64,000 nucleotides of DNA, taken from NCBI RefSeq assembly GCF_009914755.1, contig NC_060944.1. One strand, 5' to 3'. Below are positions 17,034 through 29,762 of this stretch, piece by piece. Numbering within the stretch: the first letter of the stretch is position 1; each line of letters begins with the position of its first letter. This DNA is from the human T2T-CHM13v2.0 reference genome, Homo sapiens. Below the pieces are notes generated by a model. It was not told where the DNA came from, made no database searches, and saw nothing but the letters and a program-made list of their open reading frames with translations. The position numbers and the translations under genes were made by a program.

Positions 17034-20000
17034 CGCCTGCGCTTGCGTGGTGGATCCAACACCAGCCCTGCGTCGTGGGACTTGCCTCAGATCAGCCTGC
17101 GACTGCAAGATTCTTACTGCAGTAGAGAACTCTTTTTCTCCCTTGTACTTTTTTTTGACCTGGCATCTTTTTATAGGGAAAAATGGCCTTTGTAGGCAGT
17201 GGAAAACTTGCAAGGAAAGCTGCCGTCTCTTTGGCAGTCTGATGCAGAGCCTGCACTCTGGCACTCGCTGAAGAATCTGGAAGGTTGCGGTTTGCTCTTC
17301 CAGTGTTCGGGGGCCTCTGGCTGCTGAAGGATTCGGTCTACCACGGAGGGCTGTGCTGTTAGGCTGCATCCCACTCAAAATACAGGAAAAGCACGAATCA
17401 TGATTCTGCTTTCTGTTAGCTTAGGCAGACATTGGGCCTTCACCTACAAGTTTTTCCTTACCCCTGTGGTTTTTGTGTTTTTTTTTTTTTCTTTTTCCAT
17501 AGGAAAGAATATATAAATTTGTAAATCCTAATTCAAAGATGGCTCATGTGTGAGGGCATTGAGTTTGATTTGTTTTCCCTTTGGTCTGGGTTGTGTGGCT
17601 TTTGGGGGATGCGTGTGAGGGGGCTATGTGTTTTTTAATTTTTTAAATATATATTTTGGTGCTGTGTGTGGTAAGAGACTTGTTCCTAGTGGATCAATGA
17701 ACCATCTCTTCTGGGCAGTTTTGTTGAAAATAAAGGTTTCTCTTTGATTTCAAGAATGACCAAAATGGCCTCTAAAAGATGTTAATCATCTCAAATGACC
17801 TTTTGTCTTTGGGGCGTTCTTCCCCCTGTGATAGCGGCAGTGGCTTTTTCTGGTACCTGCAGCTGGAAAGGCCACTTGGCCCTGTGCTGAGTGAGCGGCC
17901 TTCATTAGAGCGAGGCAGCCCTTGGCCGGTGGGGACGCAGAGCCCCAGCAGGTGGTGCACGACTGTTGGCGGAAGGAACGCGTGTTCATCCTCAGTGATC
18001 TGCCCTCCAGCATCTCGGCAGCATCTCATCCTCCATCGTCAGCCGGCTCTGCCGATGTCCTGCTTCTGTTCACTCACAGAACTGTCCCCTGCTCCGTGGT
18101 GGGCAGGAGGGAAGTGGTGCAGGGCTGCGTGCATTGCCTGCGAGTCGGGACAGTTGATGGGCACATGGCCTTGTAGCTCTGGGCACAGATGTGTTTGGAT
18201 TCATTGCAGCGGACCACCGGGCACTGTTGACCCCACTGAGCAGTGCTAAGTGTTGGTTTAGTGGATGTTCGTGGAATTGCTGATCCATCCAAGGGCGTCC
18301 TTTGGAGCCAGTGGAGCCTGCCGGCGCATCTGAGGGGCAGAATGCTGCTAGCACTTGAATCTGGGATCTCGCCTTATTCTCAAGTAGCAAGGCATCTCGA
18401 CAAGCATGGTCTAGGTCTGGTGGCCAGCTTGCCAGTACCTGAGCCGGTCGGGTCATCTGCCTCTGAGGGACCGTCCTCACCGAGCTCCTGCATCCCTTGA
18501 GTGTTGATCAGGAGGCGTCCACAGCATTGTTCTCGCCTCTGAATGATGCTTCTTTCTGTGTTGGAGCCTGGCGAAGTTGTGTTTTCAAGCCCTCTACTTC
18601 TCTTTCCAGTGGGTAGGAGCTTTTGGCAGTGTTTACTTTACCTAGATGGCTTATATAATCCAGTAAGAGATGCAAAGATAAAATTGCTGCGGTTGTTACA
18701 GAAGCATGGCGGCCTCCAGACTGACCCATTGGTTGCCCTTTAGATTTTGTAAGGATGCGGTGCTGGGGAGGTGGTGCTTCCCTACCCCCTAGAAATGCTG
18801 CCTTCCAACTACCACTCTCCCAGATGTGACCCTTGCGATTATTTCCTCTGAGGTTTGAGGATGAAGATAAGTTGGAGGGAAAGAGAGTAACTAATAGGGG
18901 ATGAAATATAGCAGAAGCTAGAAGAAAGCGGTGAGGTGAGAGAGATGCATCTGCACGTTTTCTTCAACAGCACCAGGTGATTCAGCATATTCCTAATTAC
19001 CTTTCACTATTCGTGTATATAAGATCGTTTACTTGCATAATATATCATCAATTTGACATATTCTTAAAACTAGAGGGTGTGAGAAGCACAGCAATAGGAA
19101 GTCTCTCCACAAACTAGGGGAACACAAATGGGGTCATTCACGTGCCTGGACTGTCACTATGTGGCTGTCACGTGAAGTGCTGGTGTTGATTTCCATTTCA
19201 GCCAGTGGGTAGCTGATAAGCCAGTGCCAGCATCCAGCATGAGCAGATGTCGGGGAGACTGGGAAGTCTCCAGCGTTACTGCTCTCCTTCCCTTCATGAT
19301 AAGCCAGTGCCAGCATCCAGCGTGAGCAGACGTCGGGGAGACTGGGAAGTCTCCGATGTTACTGCCTGCCTTCCTTTCGTGTGAGGGGCTGCACTTGCTT
19401 TTCTTGTGATCTGTTAGTGGACGAGGTCTTCCAAGGAAGTGCTTTGCACACTTTCTTTGCTCCTTTTTACAGTCTTTGTCTTTGCAGCAAGCAAATGAAA
19501 TTAAGCCACTTTGGGATAATGAACATTCAGTATAATTCTACTTTGTCTCATTTTGGATCTCACTGTTGTCTTTATAAAAATGGCACATTTTACAAAGTAG
19601 TTTATTCTTATTATACTTTCTGCTGGAGAGTGCCTTGAAATAAAATGTGAGAGTATTCTGGTACTCTGTGTTCCAGATGCATGAAATTGGGTGAGGAATA
19701 ACCCCTAGTCTGGAATCTTTGTGAAGCATAGGGTTATTGCAAGGCAAATGGGAACTAACACATCTTGCCATTTGAATCAGGGTCTCCAGTTTCTAGAAAA
19801 GGCAGACACTGGTTGGGACCAAAGTCTCCATGGCACATGACTGAAGACTGGTGGTCGTGTGTGTGCGGAGTCCACGGAAGCCTCGGGGAGGTGGAGCTGC
19901 TCCTTCCATTCCGTCAGGACGTGATCTGAAAACATGTAGAGAAGATGAGTTGAGGACAGCTTTTCTAAGGCAATGTGATGTCTTTGCTTTCTTATTTCTC

Positions 20001-20595
20001 TTTCTCTGCGTTGTTAGTTTTGAAGAGTGGAGGAGCTAGGGGCTCCAGAAAGAATCTTACACATGTGTTGAAGACATTGATGTCATAGGGAGCGGGGAGC
20101 TGCATTCCCTTCTGGGCTGTTACTGCTAAATCTCAGTATGAACAGACCAGGCGGAAAGCTTGGTGGCCAAGCAGTCTGTGTGCTTCCCCGCTGATGGAGA
20201 ACGTTGCGTTGTTCACAATAGGGCCTCATGGGTGTAGCCGCATGGCAGACCCATGGCTGGCGCAGCTGCCTGTTGCCGTCTGTCTTCAGTAACTGCTGCT
20301 CTGTTAACTGTTCTATTCTGATACTACGCGTGTTGTTTTTTACAACAGGTATGTTTTTGTTTCAGAAATATGTATTGCTTTTCTCATATTTTTTGCAAAT
20401 TGTATTGTCAACATGGGTCATTTAAAGTCCTGTATGAACCATAACCTGCTGTGGTACCTTTGTACATGTTTGATTCTGTATTCTTTATTCCAGTGTGGCA
20501 TATGTGCCCCTCTGTATCTTTTGAGAAGTGCGGAATAGGTTGCTTCTACCACCTGTTCTTAATGTAACAGTAAAAGTTTTCACATTTTTCTCAGA
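17034..20595 (+). other. GID8: GID8 long 3'UTR (3' end approximate)
   Basis: Follows the stop codon; AATAAA 17729-17734 and 19639-19644; AGTAAA 20569-20574 preceded by many TGTA elements. Confidence 0.75.
19214..19379 (+). repeat. Tandem duplication, 2 x 83 bp, in GID8 3'UTR
   Basis: TGATAAGCCAGTGCCAGCATCCAGC... begins at 19214 and again at 19297. Confidence 0.9.
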
Positions 20596-23500
20596 ACTGT
20601 TATCTGGAAGCTCTCTTTTTTCCTAAGGGTATTTTAATAACAAATACTGATGCATTTGTATTGAAAGTTGATATCTTGGAATGGAAGGACAGAAGAAAGC
20701 TCGCCTCTTGGAACTGTAGTTGGCTCTCCTCTCACTCTGACAGTGCTGCCCCTTTTAGTTTGTAAATCTGTACTTGGTGTGTTTAATTTGAAACCTATCG
20801 GCTGCTCTCTTGACTGGGGCACTTAATGTTTCATAAACTAATTTCCTTGGTGTGAAGGAAGTAGAACTTTTGAGCTACCCACTGCATGATTTTAAACTGA
20901 TTTTAATAGCCTAAGTAATTACTCTTTTTTTTTTTTTTTTTTTTTGCTTAATGAAATTTTCCAAACATATTAAAAACAGAGGGAATACGCCAGCACATCC
21001 CAGTATCCACCAGTCAGCCTGACACCCACCACCACCTGCCAGAGCCCCAGGCAGGAGATAACTACAGGTGTCTGATTCTGGGTGGCTACCATGCTTTCAG
21101 GGCCATGAGCGTCTTCATGAGTGGAAGGCAGTTGTAGGGTTCTTGGAAAGGACTCAGACTGACCCCTTCAAGGGCCTGAGGTGAAATTCAGAAACTGCCC
21201 ATGCAGAGAAGCTGAGCAGCGGGCATCATGGAGCGAGGCGTTGAGAGCTTGCATGTTTGTTGGGTATCAGAGAACAGGGAAGGCCTCTCCTCACCTGCTG
21301 CTCCTCCCTATGTGGCAGTGGCATGTCACAGTGTTCTTGATGTTCACACACCTGTGCCAGTCCATTAGCCTCACGGGTCAGAAGGCAGCACGGTAGTTCT
21401 TAGTGGAGGTGGGCATCACCAGGAATGCTTCAGTGTGAGCTCCCACACTACAGTCTGGAGGCTCACACCATCCTTGCACACATGGCCTTCCTGTCTTAGA
21501 TATTCTGCCTTATTTTGGAATGCCATCTTTGCTTGTGGTTTTTCACTTCTGTTAAAGTAGAACATGGGGTTTGAATGGGCCTTTGGTGTAACTAGCTATG
21601 GCAAGAATCTTTTAAGAGATGTGCTCTTTGGAGATACAATGTCCTGAGCTTGTTTGCCTTTTCCAGAAGCCACAAAATGGCTTTGAAGATAAACAGGCCC
21701 ATGCTACAGAGCCACCGGCACAAGGCACCTGGTGTGCAGGAGCTGAGGTGCAGCCTGTGGTTAATTGATAATAATCATGTCCCCACATCTGCACAGTGGG
21801 GGCTGTTTCTCTCATTTCACACCCCAGTATCCACCAGTCAGCCTGGTGCATGTGTGCGGGGAATATTTAAAGGGAATGTGACGTTCTGATTTGTCTGTAA
21901 CATTTCAGTGTCACCTAGTTCAAGGCCAGGTTTACGGGTCCAAATTGTCCATAGTACAGAAGACCATTTATCAGGTGAAGCCCGTAAAGCCATAGGCACA
22001 GCTATAACCAAAAGAATTCATGAAAGGAGTAACAACTGAAGGTGAGTGGGTTTCCTCACGTTTGTAAATGCAGGTCACGTTGCAGGCTCTTCCGCCAGCT
22101 GTCCGTCCATGCAAGGCAGTTGGTCACCCCGCAGGCTCACTTCGGAGATGAAGAGTGCTGGGTGCAGCAGCGCCTCCTGTCCTTGGGTCTCTGTGTATTT
22201 GAGGTGGAATTGATGAGCTTGGGAACCAGGGAGAAGCGGTGGAGCTGCTGTTGCCTTGAGCTGCCCGTGTCAGGCAAGGTCTCCGCCTGGCTGTGACTTC
22301 TGCTTCCTGGAGACACATCTGTAGGCGTTCCTCACACAAACAAGGTTTTCTCCCTCTTGTGGATCACGGTGTGTGACTGACAGCTTTGGTAATTTTCCCA
22401 GCTGGCTTTGAAAGTGAAGCAGGCTGACCCGTCACCAAGAATTCTCTGCCATGGAGGGTCATGGAAGAACGGGAAGAGGTGCTGGCGGTCACAGCAGCCC
22501 AGGGTTCGTCTGTGCTCGTTTATAGATTTGTGTGCCCATCCAGTCCTCACTGGGCCCTCCCAGTTTTAGAAATGTTGAACACTAGTGCTTGTAAGATTCG
22601 AACAATGAGTTTACCAGCTCTGAGAAAAATGAACTGCTCCAGAACCTTCAAGAATGTTTCTCTGTATCACGCCCACATCACACCGAATCCATTTGTCGTC
22701 ATTGCAGAGTTCATCTTTCTGGTTTTGAGCACCATCTCACACAGTTCTTTGTCTTTTTCCAGTCTGCTGTTGACTGGGTTAGCTCAGCCCGAAAGGTGCC
22801 CCCACCTTTGAGGCAGTTCCCGCACGTGATGTCCAGTACCGCGGTCTTCCCTCTTGCTGCTGCCTGTCAGTCATGGCAGAGGAAAGTGTCATCTGTCAGT
22901 CTCCTTTTTATGGACTCCTCATCTTGAGAATTGTAGTTGGGCTGGAAGGTTGCAGGGCTAAGTGGGGTGCAGGGAGGAGCCCCAGGCCCAGGGCTGGCTT
23001 GTCTTGGTTTACAAGAAGCTGTGCGGGGTCTCCTGGGGCGTCTGTGGGGGGTGTGGATGCAGAGGCTGAGCAACGGGCGCCATACGTAGTGAGGTGTGGA
23101 TTTGCTTTAGGAAAATCTCTAGCATCGTCTCCCTATAGCAGCACTTGAAATAAACAAGAAGTTAGGTGGGCCAGGCCCAACAAGAGGGAGGCACGCAGCC
23201 TTCCAGAAGCAGAGGCCAGTGGGTGCTGGCTGTGACTGCCCTGTCCGCAAGGTCACCCTGTGTCCTTGAAAACCCAGGTGTTGACTGTCTATTGTCCCTA
23301 CATAATTTTTCACCTTAGGCCTCAAAGATGCTTGGGTGCGGGGCAGCTCTCAGAATCCACCAGAAGCGTGGAGAGCCTCCATCTGGCCACTACCAGCACC
23401 CAGCTTTATAATGTCCCTGTGAGATGGCCCCTTCACCCACCCAGCCATCCCTGCATGGCCCGTTTCTTCAGCTCATCCAGCCTTCACTCAGGTGTCCAGG

Positions 23501-24659
23501 GGTGCCTCCTCAGCCCAACCTATTTGAAGTAACACCCCTTCCCTACCCCTTTCACTACTTTGATTTTTGTCTACCTGCCCCAGAACATCAGCTCCAGGAG
23601 GAAGGGGACTTTGGGTAACCAGATGGCAAATGTCTGCTGCAGCATGATCACAGATCTCGGTAGGAAATCACCATCACAGAGTGAATGGAAGCGAATCACC
23701 TCAAAGAGGGTGCTGTTGACAGCGATACGTTTAGCAACAGTTTCCAAACTTCCTGGCTATGGGCTAGGGCTGTTTGGGGCAATAAACCTCTCTCTGCCAC
23801 CATCTTTTCACCTACCCTACGTCAGGATGGATGAAAGTATGACCTTGCTTTTCAGGGTGCCCGTGTCTTTCTGTTCAGAGGGCCCTGGGAGCAGGCCCTG
23901 CAGTGCAGTGGGTTGGGCTGTTGGAGACCTGAGGGCTAGGGGGAGGGAGGGGGTAAATGTGGGTCTGTTCTAAGTGCAGGGCCCTGCCTTAGACGTGTCT
24001 CCCTCGGCCCCTGGGTGGTGGCTGCTGCGTGGAGGATGGACTGAGGTGGGCCCTAGTGGAGGTGGGGGCAACGCCTGAGGAGCAGGCCCTGCCGCCTCCT
24101 GGGGAAAGGCTGCATGGTTGAGGCCTTCCCCTGCTGGCTTCATCCTTGGCATGGCAGCAGGAGCACACAGAGTGGGGGCCCCACCCCGTCACCCCTGCCC
24201 CCGAGCCCAGAACCTGGCCTGTGATGGGTCCTCAGGACACCTTTTGTCCAGGAACCCAGGGGCCAATGACAACCTTCACAGGCATCTGCTGAGAAGACAT
24301 GGGCCAGCGCTGGATTTGTCCAGCTCTCCCAGGCTTGGTCCAAGGGCTCAGGAGTGGACCCATCCCTGCCCCGAAAGATCCATTTTAAAAATCAGTGACC
24401 CTGTACTTTTACTCTCTTTGCACTTGGTTAAGACTTTATCCCTGATTTTATTTGATCGGTAAGGCAGGGACTGCCATCATTCCCCATTTTATAGACAGAG
24501 GACAGACGGCCCCATGGCTCCGTGTCGTGTCCAAGGGATGGGCTGGCACCTCTTGGACCAGGCTTACCACCAGGGCCCTTCTCTGAAGCCCCAGTCTGAC
24601 CGGCCTGCTGCTGGGAATCCCCCTCTGCCCCCACACTAACCTCTGCTGGGGCTGAGCCA

Positions 24660-25100
24660 GGGCGCGTCGGACAGTCAGGGCGACCCAGCCAGGGCGACCG
24701 TTGGCCCCGCTCCTATGGGGCAGCAGGGACCGACGTCAGCAGGGTGGGGCGGGCACCCGAGTGGTATGCCCCGCCCTGCCCCGCCTGCCCGCCCTGGTGG
24801 CCGTCTGGGGGCGACAAGTCCTGAGAGAACCAGACGGAAGCGCGCTGGGACTGACACGTGGACTTGGGCGGTGCTGCCCGGGTGGGTCAGCCTGGGCTGG
24901 GAGGCAGCCCCGGGACACAGCTGTGCCCACGCCGTCTGAGCACCCCAAGCCCGATGCAGCCACCCCCAGACGAGGCCCGCAGGGACATGGCCGGGGACAC
25001 CCAGTGGTCCAGGTGTGGCGGGGGTGAGGGGAGGGGGGGTGGGAGCGGTGGAGATGGGGCCGTGGGGAGGGAGCTGAGATACTGCCACGTGGGACGATGC
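24660..25100 (+). promoter_or_regulatory. SLC17A9: SLC17A9 promoter CpG island and 5'UTR
   Basis: CpG-rich; GC boxes; GACGTCA 24732-24738; TGACACGTGG 24852-24861; TGCCACGTGG 25083-25092. Confidence 0.75.
24954..25012 (+). CDS. SLC17A9: SLC17A9 (VNUT) exon 1a: MQPPPDEARRDMAGDTQWS(R)
   Basis: ATG 24954; donor CAG|GTGTGG; phase 2 matches exon 2. Confidence 0.93.
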
Positions 25101-25354
25101 TAGGTGGGGAGGGCTGAGCTGGGCGGGCTCCTCTGGCTGTGGGGCCCCCTGTGTTCCTTGTGGGAGGTGGAAGGAAGTGAGTGCCCTGTCCTTCCTCCCT
25201 GCCATGAGATTCCAGGACCGGACCTGGCAAGTGCCCTATCCCAGCCAGTGTTCCTGGGGCTCTTCCAGGCAGGGCTATGTTCCCCAGGCCAGGGGCATTG
25301 TCCTGGACAGTCAGGAGGCATACCCCTCGCCAGGTGGAACCACCCTGTGTATGC

Positions 25355-25395
25355 ATGACCCTGACAAGCAGGCGCCAGGACAGTCAGGAGGCCAG
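25355..25395 (+). CDS. SLC17A9: SLC17A9 alternative exon 1b: MTLTSRRQDSQEA(R), giving a 430-aa isoform
   Basis: ATG 25355; donor CAG|GTAGGG; same phase 2; matches the recalled N-terminus of the shorter isoform. Confidence 0.85.
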
Positions 25396-26148
25396 GTAGG
25401 GGGCACGGGCTGGAGCCTGCAGCTGGACGGGGTTGGGGGGGGTCCTGCCACCACGTGCCAGCTGTGTGCTGAGGACGAGCTCCCCGCTGGCTTCAGCTCT
25501 CGGAGCATTTGGTGGTGGGGAGAAGCAGGGCCTGGGCAGGTCGCCTGGCCACCAGCACTGCTGCCTGTAGGAGGCTCCCTGGGCAGGTGACGCCTCAGAA
25601 ACCGGGCGAGATGGTGACCGCGGGCCATTGGTCAGCTGGGGAGGGCCTCTGCCAGGGAGCTCCTGAGAGCAGCCCCCACACTGCTGAACCCCTTGGCTCT
25701 GGGTCTTGGGCTGAGGCCTTAAGTGGCTGGACCCTGGGCCTAGACTCAGGCCCTGTGGGTTCCAGAGCAGTCTCCTGCCTGCACTGAGTCCCCAGGGTAC
25801 CTACCCTGACCATGGCAAGGTAATGGCACCTTCTGGCCCCACCAGTTCCCAGCTGTATGAGGGCTGAGGACCCTAGAAGTGCTGGGAAGAGTTGTAGGAA
25901 GGCCCAAAGGGGCAGTGCCACCATCGGATGTTGGCACCCAGATGAAGGGAGCGCTGGCTGCATGGGAAAAGCTGGCAGCCCAGATCACAGCCCTGTCAGG
26001 CGCCAATTAGAGGGGAGGGCTGCCCTCAGCGGGCCCTGCCCCTTGCTCTCTTCCTCTTCCCCCACCCACGTTCATCCAGGCCTGCCGGGCAGGGCCAGCT
26101 CCCCAGGGATTCAGGGCCTCCTCACTGGCGGCTGGTTTGAGTGGCTCC

Positions 26149-26309
26149 GCCTTCACTACGTCCCTCCCAGGCTCGATGTTTAAAAAGGAGCCCTTGCCGC
26201 AGCCTTCACTACGTCCCTCCCAGGCTCGATGTTTAAAAAGGAGCCCTTGCCGCAGCCTTCACTACGTCCCTCCCAGGCTCGATGTTTAAAAAGGAGCCCT
26301 TGCCACAGC
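26149..26309. repeat. Minisatellite, 3 x 53 bp, in SLC17A9 intron 1
   Basis: GCCTTCACTACGTCCCTCCCAGGCTCGATGTTTAAAAAGGAGCCCTTGCCGCA at 26149, 26202, 26255. Confidence 0.95.
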
Positions 26310-26997
26310 TCTTCAACTTCCTTTGCAGGCCCTTATTGGGTAGCGCCAAGGATTCTGGAGGGGCCTGTGGGTCAAGGCTGCCACACGCACGCCTTTTCCT
26401 AGCCCGCCCTCCTGCAGCCACATCACAAAGGCTGGGCCAGGCGAGAACAGAGCTGGAGGGCGGCACCCACACTCTCTGGTTTGCTGCTCGCCTGGCCCGG
26501 CCCCGCACAGTTCCCTTTTCTGAATGGAGGGGCCATGTGACCACCTGTTTGCTCAGCCGTGGATGCTGCTTCTGCACGGGGGCCGTTTGCTCTAGAAAGT
26601 TCACAGGAAGCAGGCTGCTGGGCTCAGGGAGTGCAGAGTGGTGGGAGGAAGCTGTTCAAGCTGCCCAAAGCTTTCCGGTTCTTGGCACACCCCCCGTCCC
26701 CCGCGCCCCCAGCAGGATGGAGGATTCCCAGCCTGGGGTCCTAGTCAGGCCTCAGGTAGCCGACTGTCTGGGCCATCCTCTCCAGCCTGACATCCTTGTC
26801 TCCCCGGCAGCTGTGGAGGGTGCCCCTGTGCCCACCTGGCCAGCACCACCTGCCCAGCTCAGAGAAGGGGCTGTGGCTGCCGCCTGCCACGTAGGGCAGA
26901 TTGCTTGCCTGGAAGGGCTGTTCTTGACTTCCTCCTTCCAAGGAGGCCCTGGAGTGGCTCTGTGTTCTCAGTCCTGTGCTGGCCTCAATGGGGGTGA

Positions 26998-27733
<736 letters not shown>

Positions 27734-28887
27734 TCTAAAGCTCCTTTTTAAAGGCACCTTTGGACTGTGTGGCTTTTAGTGGAAAGTTAAGGGTGGGGGC
27801 CCCCATGTCCCTTCTGCAAGCCTCGTGTGTTAAGTCAATGAAAACTGTTTACAGAGAGCCTGGGGCTAGGTAAACAACAGGGCTGCGGGTATCAACCACG
27901 CCAGGACAGGGCGTGGAGGCCAGGGCTGTACTGGGTTAGGCAGACTGGCAGTGAGGACTGTGTCCTTCTGTGGTAACCCAGGGAGCAGCCAGATATGGGG
28001 CAAGCCAGTTGTCCCCAGAGTGGAACCTGGCTGCAAATGACGCTGGCGAAACCACACTCACTGCCAAGTTCCAGGACAGACAGCACTTCCTCCCACACAA
28101 CTTTCTCCAAACTCCAGGGGTTAATGGTTGGCCCTGCTGTGGGGAGGGGCTGGAGCCAGGATAGCCTCTGGCAGAGCAGGAGGTGTCAGAGGACGCAGCT
28201 CTGGGCTGCTGGAGTGACCTGTTCTTGCCTCTGAGATCTCGCCCGGCCTCCCTCACCAGGATTGGGAGTGTGAGCTGGCCGGCCTGGCTCTGTGACCTCG
28301 GGCATGGTCAGTGCCCGACTTGGTGGTCTTTTCTCCCGTGGGAAGCGTCTAGGCGCAGACTTGCAGAGAGTGCCGAGAAGGCCGTATACCTGCCCCTCTG
28401 TCCACAGCACACCGTCATCCACTCACTCATCTGGGGCAGGTTCTTGGGAGCACACACCCGGGGTGCAGTCAGCTCCCCGCAGGGGCAGACAGGACCTTTT
28501 GGGAAGGGTGGGGTGAGACTCTCCAGTGTCCGACTCCTCTGCCACCCATCTCCTGGTCACCCTCTCCCCTGTTCTCTTTGAGGGGAACAAGCAGGGCCCG
28601 GCCCAGGCACCTTTTGTGGGGATGAGTCGTTGCTGTGACCTGCCCGAGTGCTGGCCACTCAGTTGCTCCCAGGAGCCACTGTGCCTCATTTCTGGCTGCC
28701 TGTGTTCTCCCAGGGGTCAGCAGATAGGTGCGATTAGGTGTTTGAATGCTTGCCAAGTTGCCCTCCATCAAAGCTGTCCCCATTCACAGTCCATGTCCCC
28801 CAGCCCTGAGGGAGGTCTCTGAGTGATGAACTCGAAGCAGCAGGGCCGTGGGGCCTCCCCAGGGCCTGACCATCTCCTGTCCCACAG

Positions 28888-29085
28888 GCCCGAGTGCCAG
28901 GCATGGACGGGGACGCTGCTGCTGGGCACGTGCCTTCTGTACTGCGCCCGCTCCAGCATGCCCATCTGCACCGTCTCCATGAGCCAGGACTTCGGCTGGA
29001 ACAAGAAGGAGGCCGGCATCGTGCTCAGCAGCTTCTTCTGGGGCTACTGCCTGACACAGGTTGTGGGCGGCCACCTCGGGGATCG
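28888..29085 (+). CDS. SLC17A9: SLC17A9 exon 2 (PECQAWTGTLLLG...GGHLGDR)
   Basis: CCACAG| acceptor, CG|GTAACT donor; MFS/SLC17-type SSFFWGY and GGxLGDR motifs. Confidence 0.97.
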
Positions 29086-29172
29086 GTAACTGCCCATCTT
29101 CCCCATCTCCTGGCTGGTGGGGGCCGCCCCACTGGGGCCTCCAGGGGCGAGTGGGCTGGCTGTGCTGCTGCA

Positions 29173-29286
29173 CGCAGAGGATGCGACTCCTGGGGAAGGA
29201 GCTTGGTGGACACAGAGGATGCGACTCCTGGGGAAGGAGCTTCGTGGACACAGAGGATGCGACTCCTGGGGAAGGAGCTTGGTGGA
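29173..29286. repeat. Minisatellite, 3 x 38 bp, in intron 2
   Basis: CAGAGGATGCGACTCCTGGGGAAGGAGCTTGGTGGA units at 29173, 29211, 29249. Confidence 0.93.
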
Positions 29287-29563
29287 TAAATCTGGGCAGA
29301 AGACCCCCCCAGAGGAAGATGGGAGCTGGGAGGGGAGAGGCCAGGCTTGGCAAGGCCCCAGGGCCCTGCAGGCAGAGGAGGCAGGCCGCTCCCCTGGAGT
29401 ACCTGGTCTCCTCACGAGGCAGCTCTGGGGTCATGAGCAGGCCCTGTAGAGGCAGACAGGCCAGGCCCAGCTCTGAGCACCCACTCAAGGGCTGCCCTGA
29501 GTCAGGGTGGTGCCCTTTGGTCCTGCACAGCCACATCCTCACCTCCCTCTGTCTTCCCTCCAG

Positions 29564-29703
29564 GATTGGGGGTGAGAAGGTCATCCTGCTGTCAGCCTCT
29601 GCCTGGGGCTCCATCACGGCCGTCACCCCACTGCTCGCCCACCTGAGCAGTGCCCACCTGGCCTTCATGACCTTCTCACGCATCCTCATGGGCTTGCTCC
29701 AAG
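29564..29703 (+). CDS. SLC17A9: SLC17A9 exon 3 (IGGEKVILLS...FSRILMGLLQG)
   Basis: CTCCAG| acceptor, AAG|GTAAGG donor, 140 nt; conserved TM4 Arg (R125 in the 436-aa form). Confidence 0.97.
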
Positions 29704-29762
29704 GTAAGGGGAGCTCAGGCGGCTCCCTCACGCTCTCTGGCACCAGGTGGGGAGACAAGGGG

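Noticed and set aside
22560-22810. Coding-like segment between GID8 and SLC17A9
   Set aside because: No intact ORF or splice structure; more likely an ancient L1 remnant, which I could not confirm
24766-24939. 57-aa uORF ahead of SLC17A9
   Set aside because: Its ATG is at or upstream of the likely TSS, so it cannot be shown to be in the mRNA
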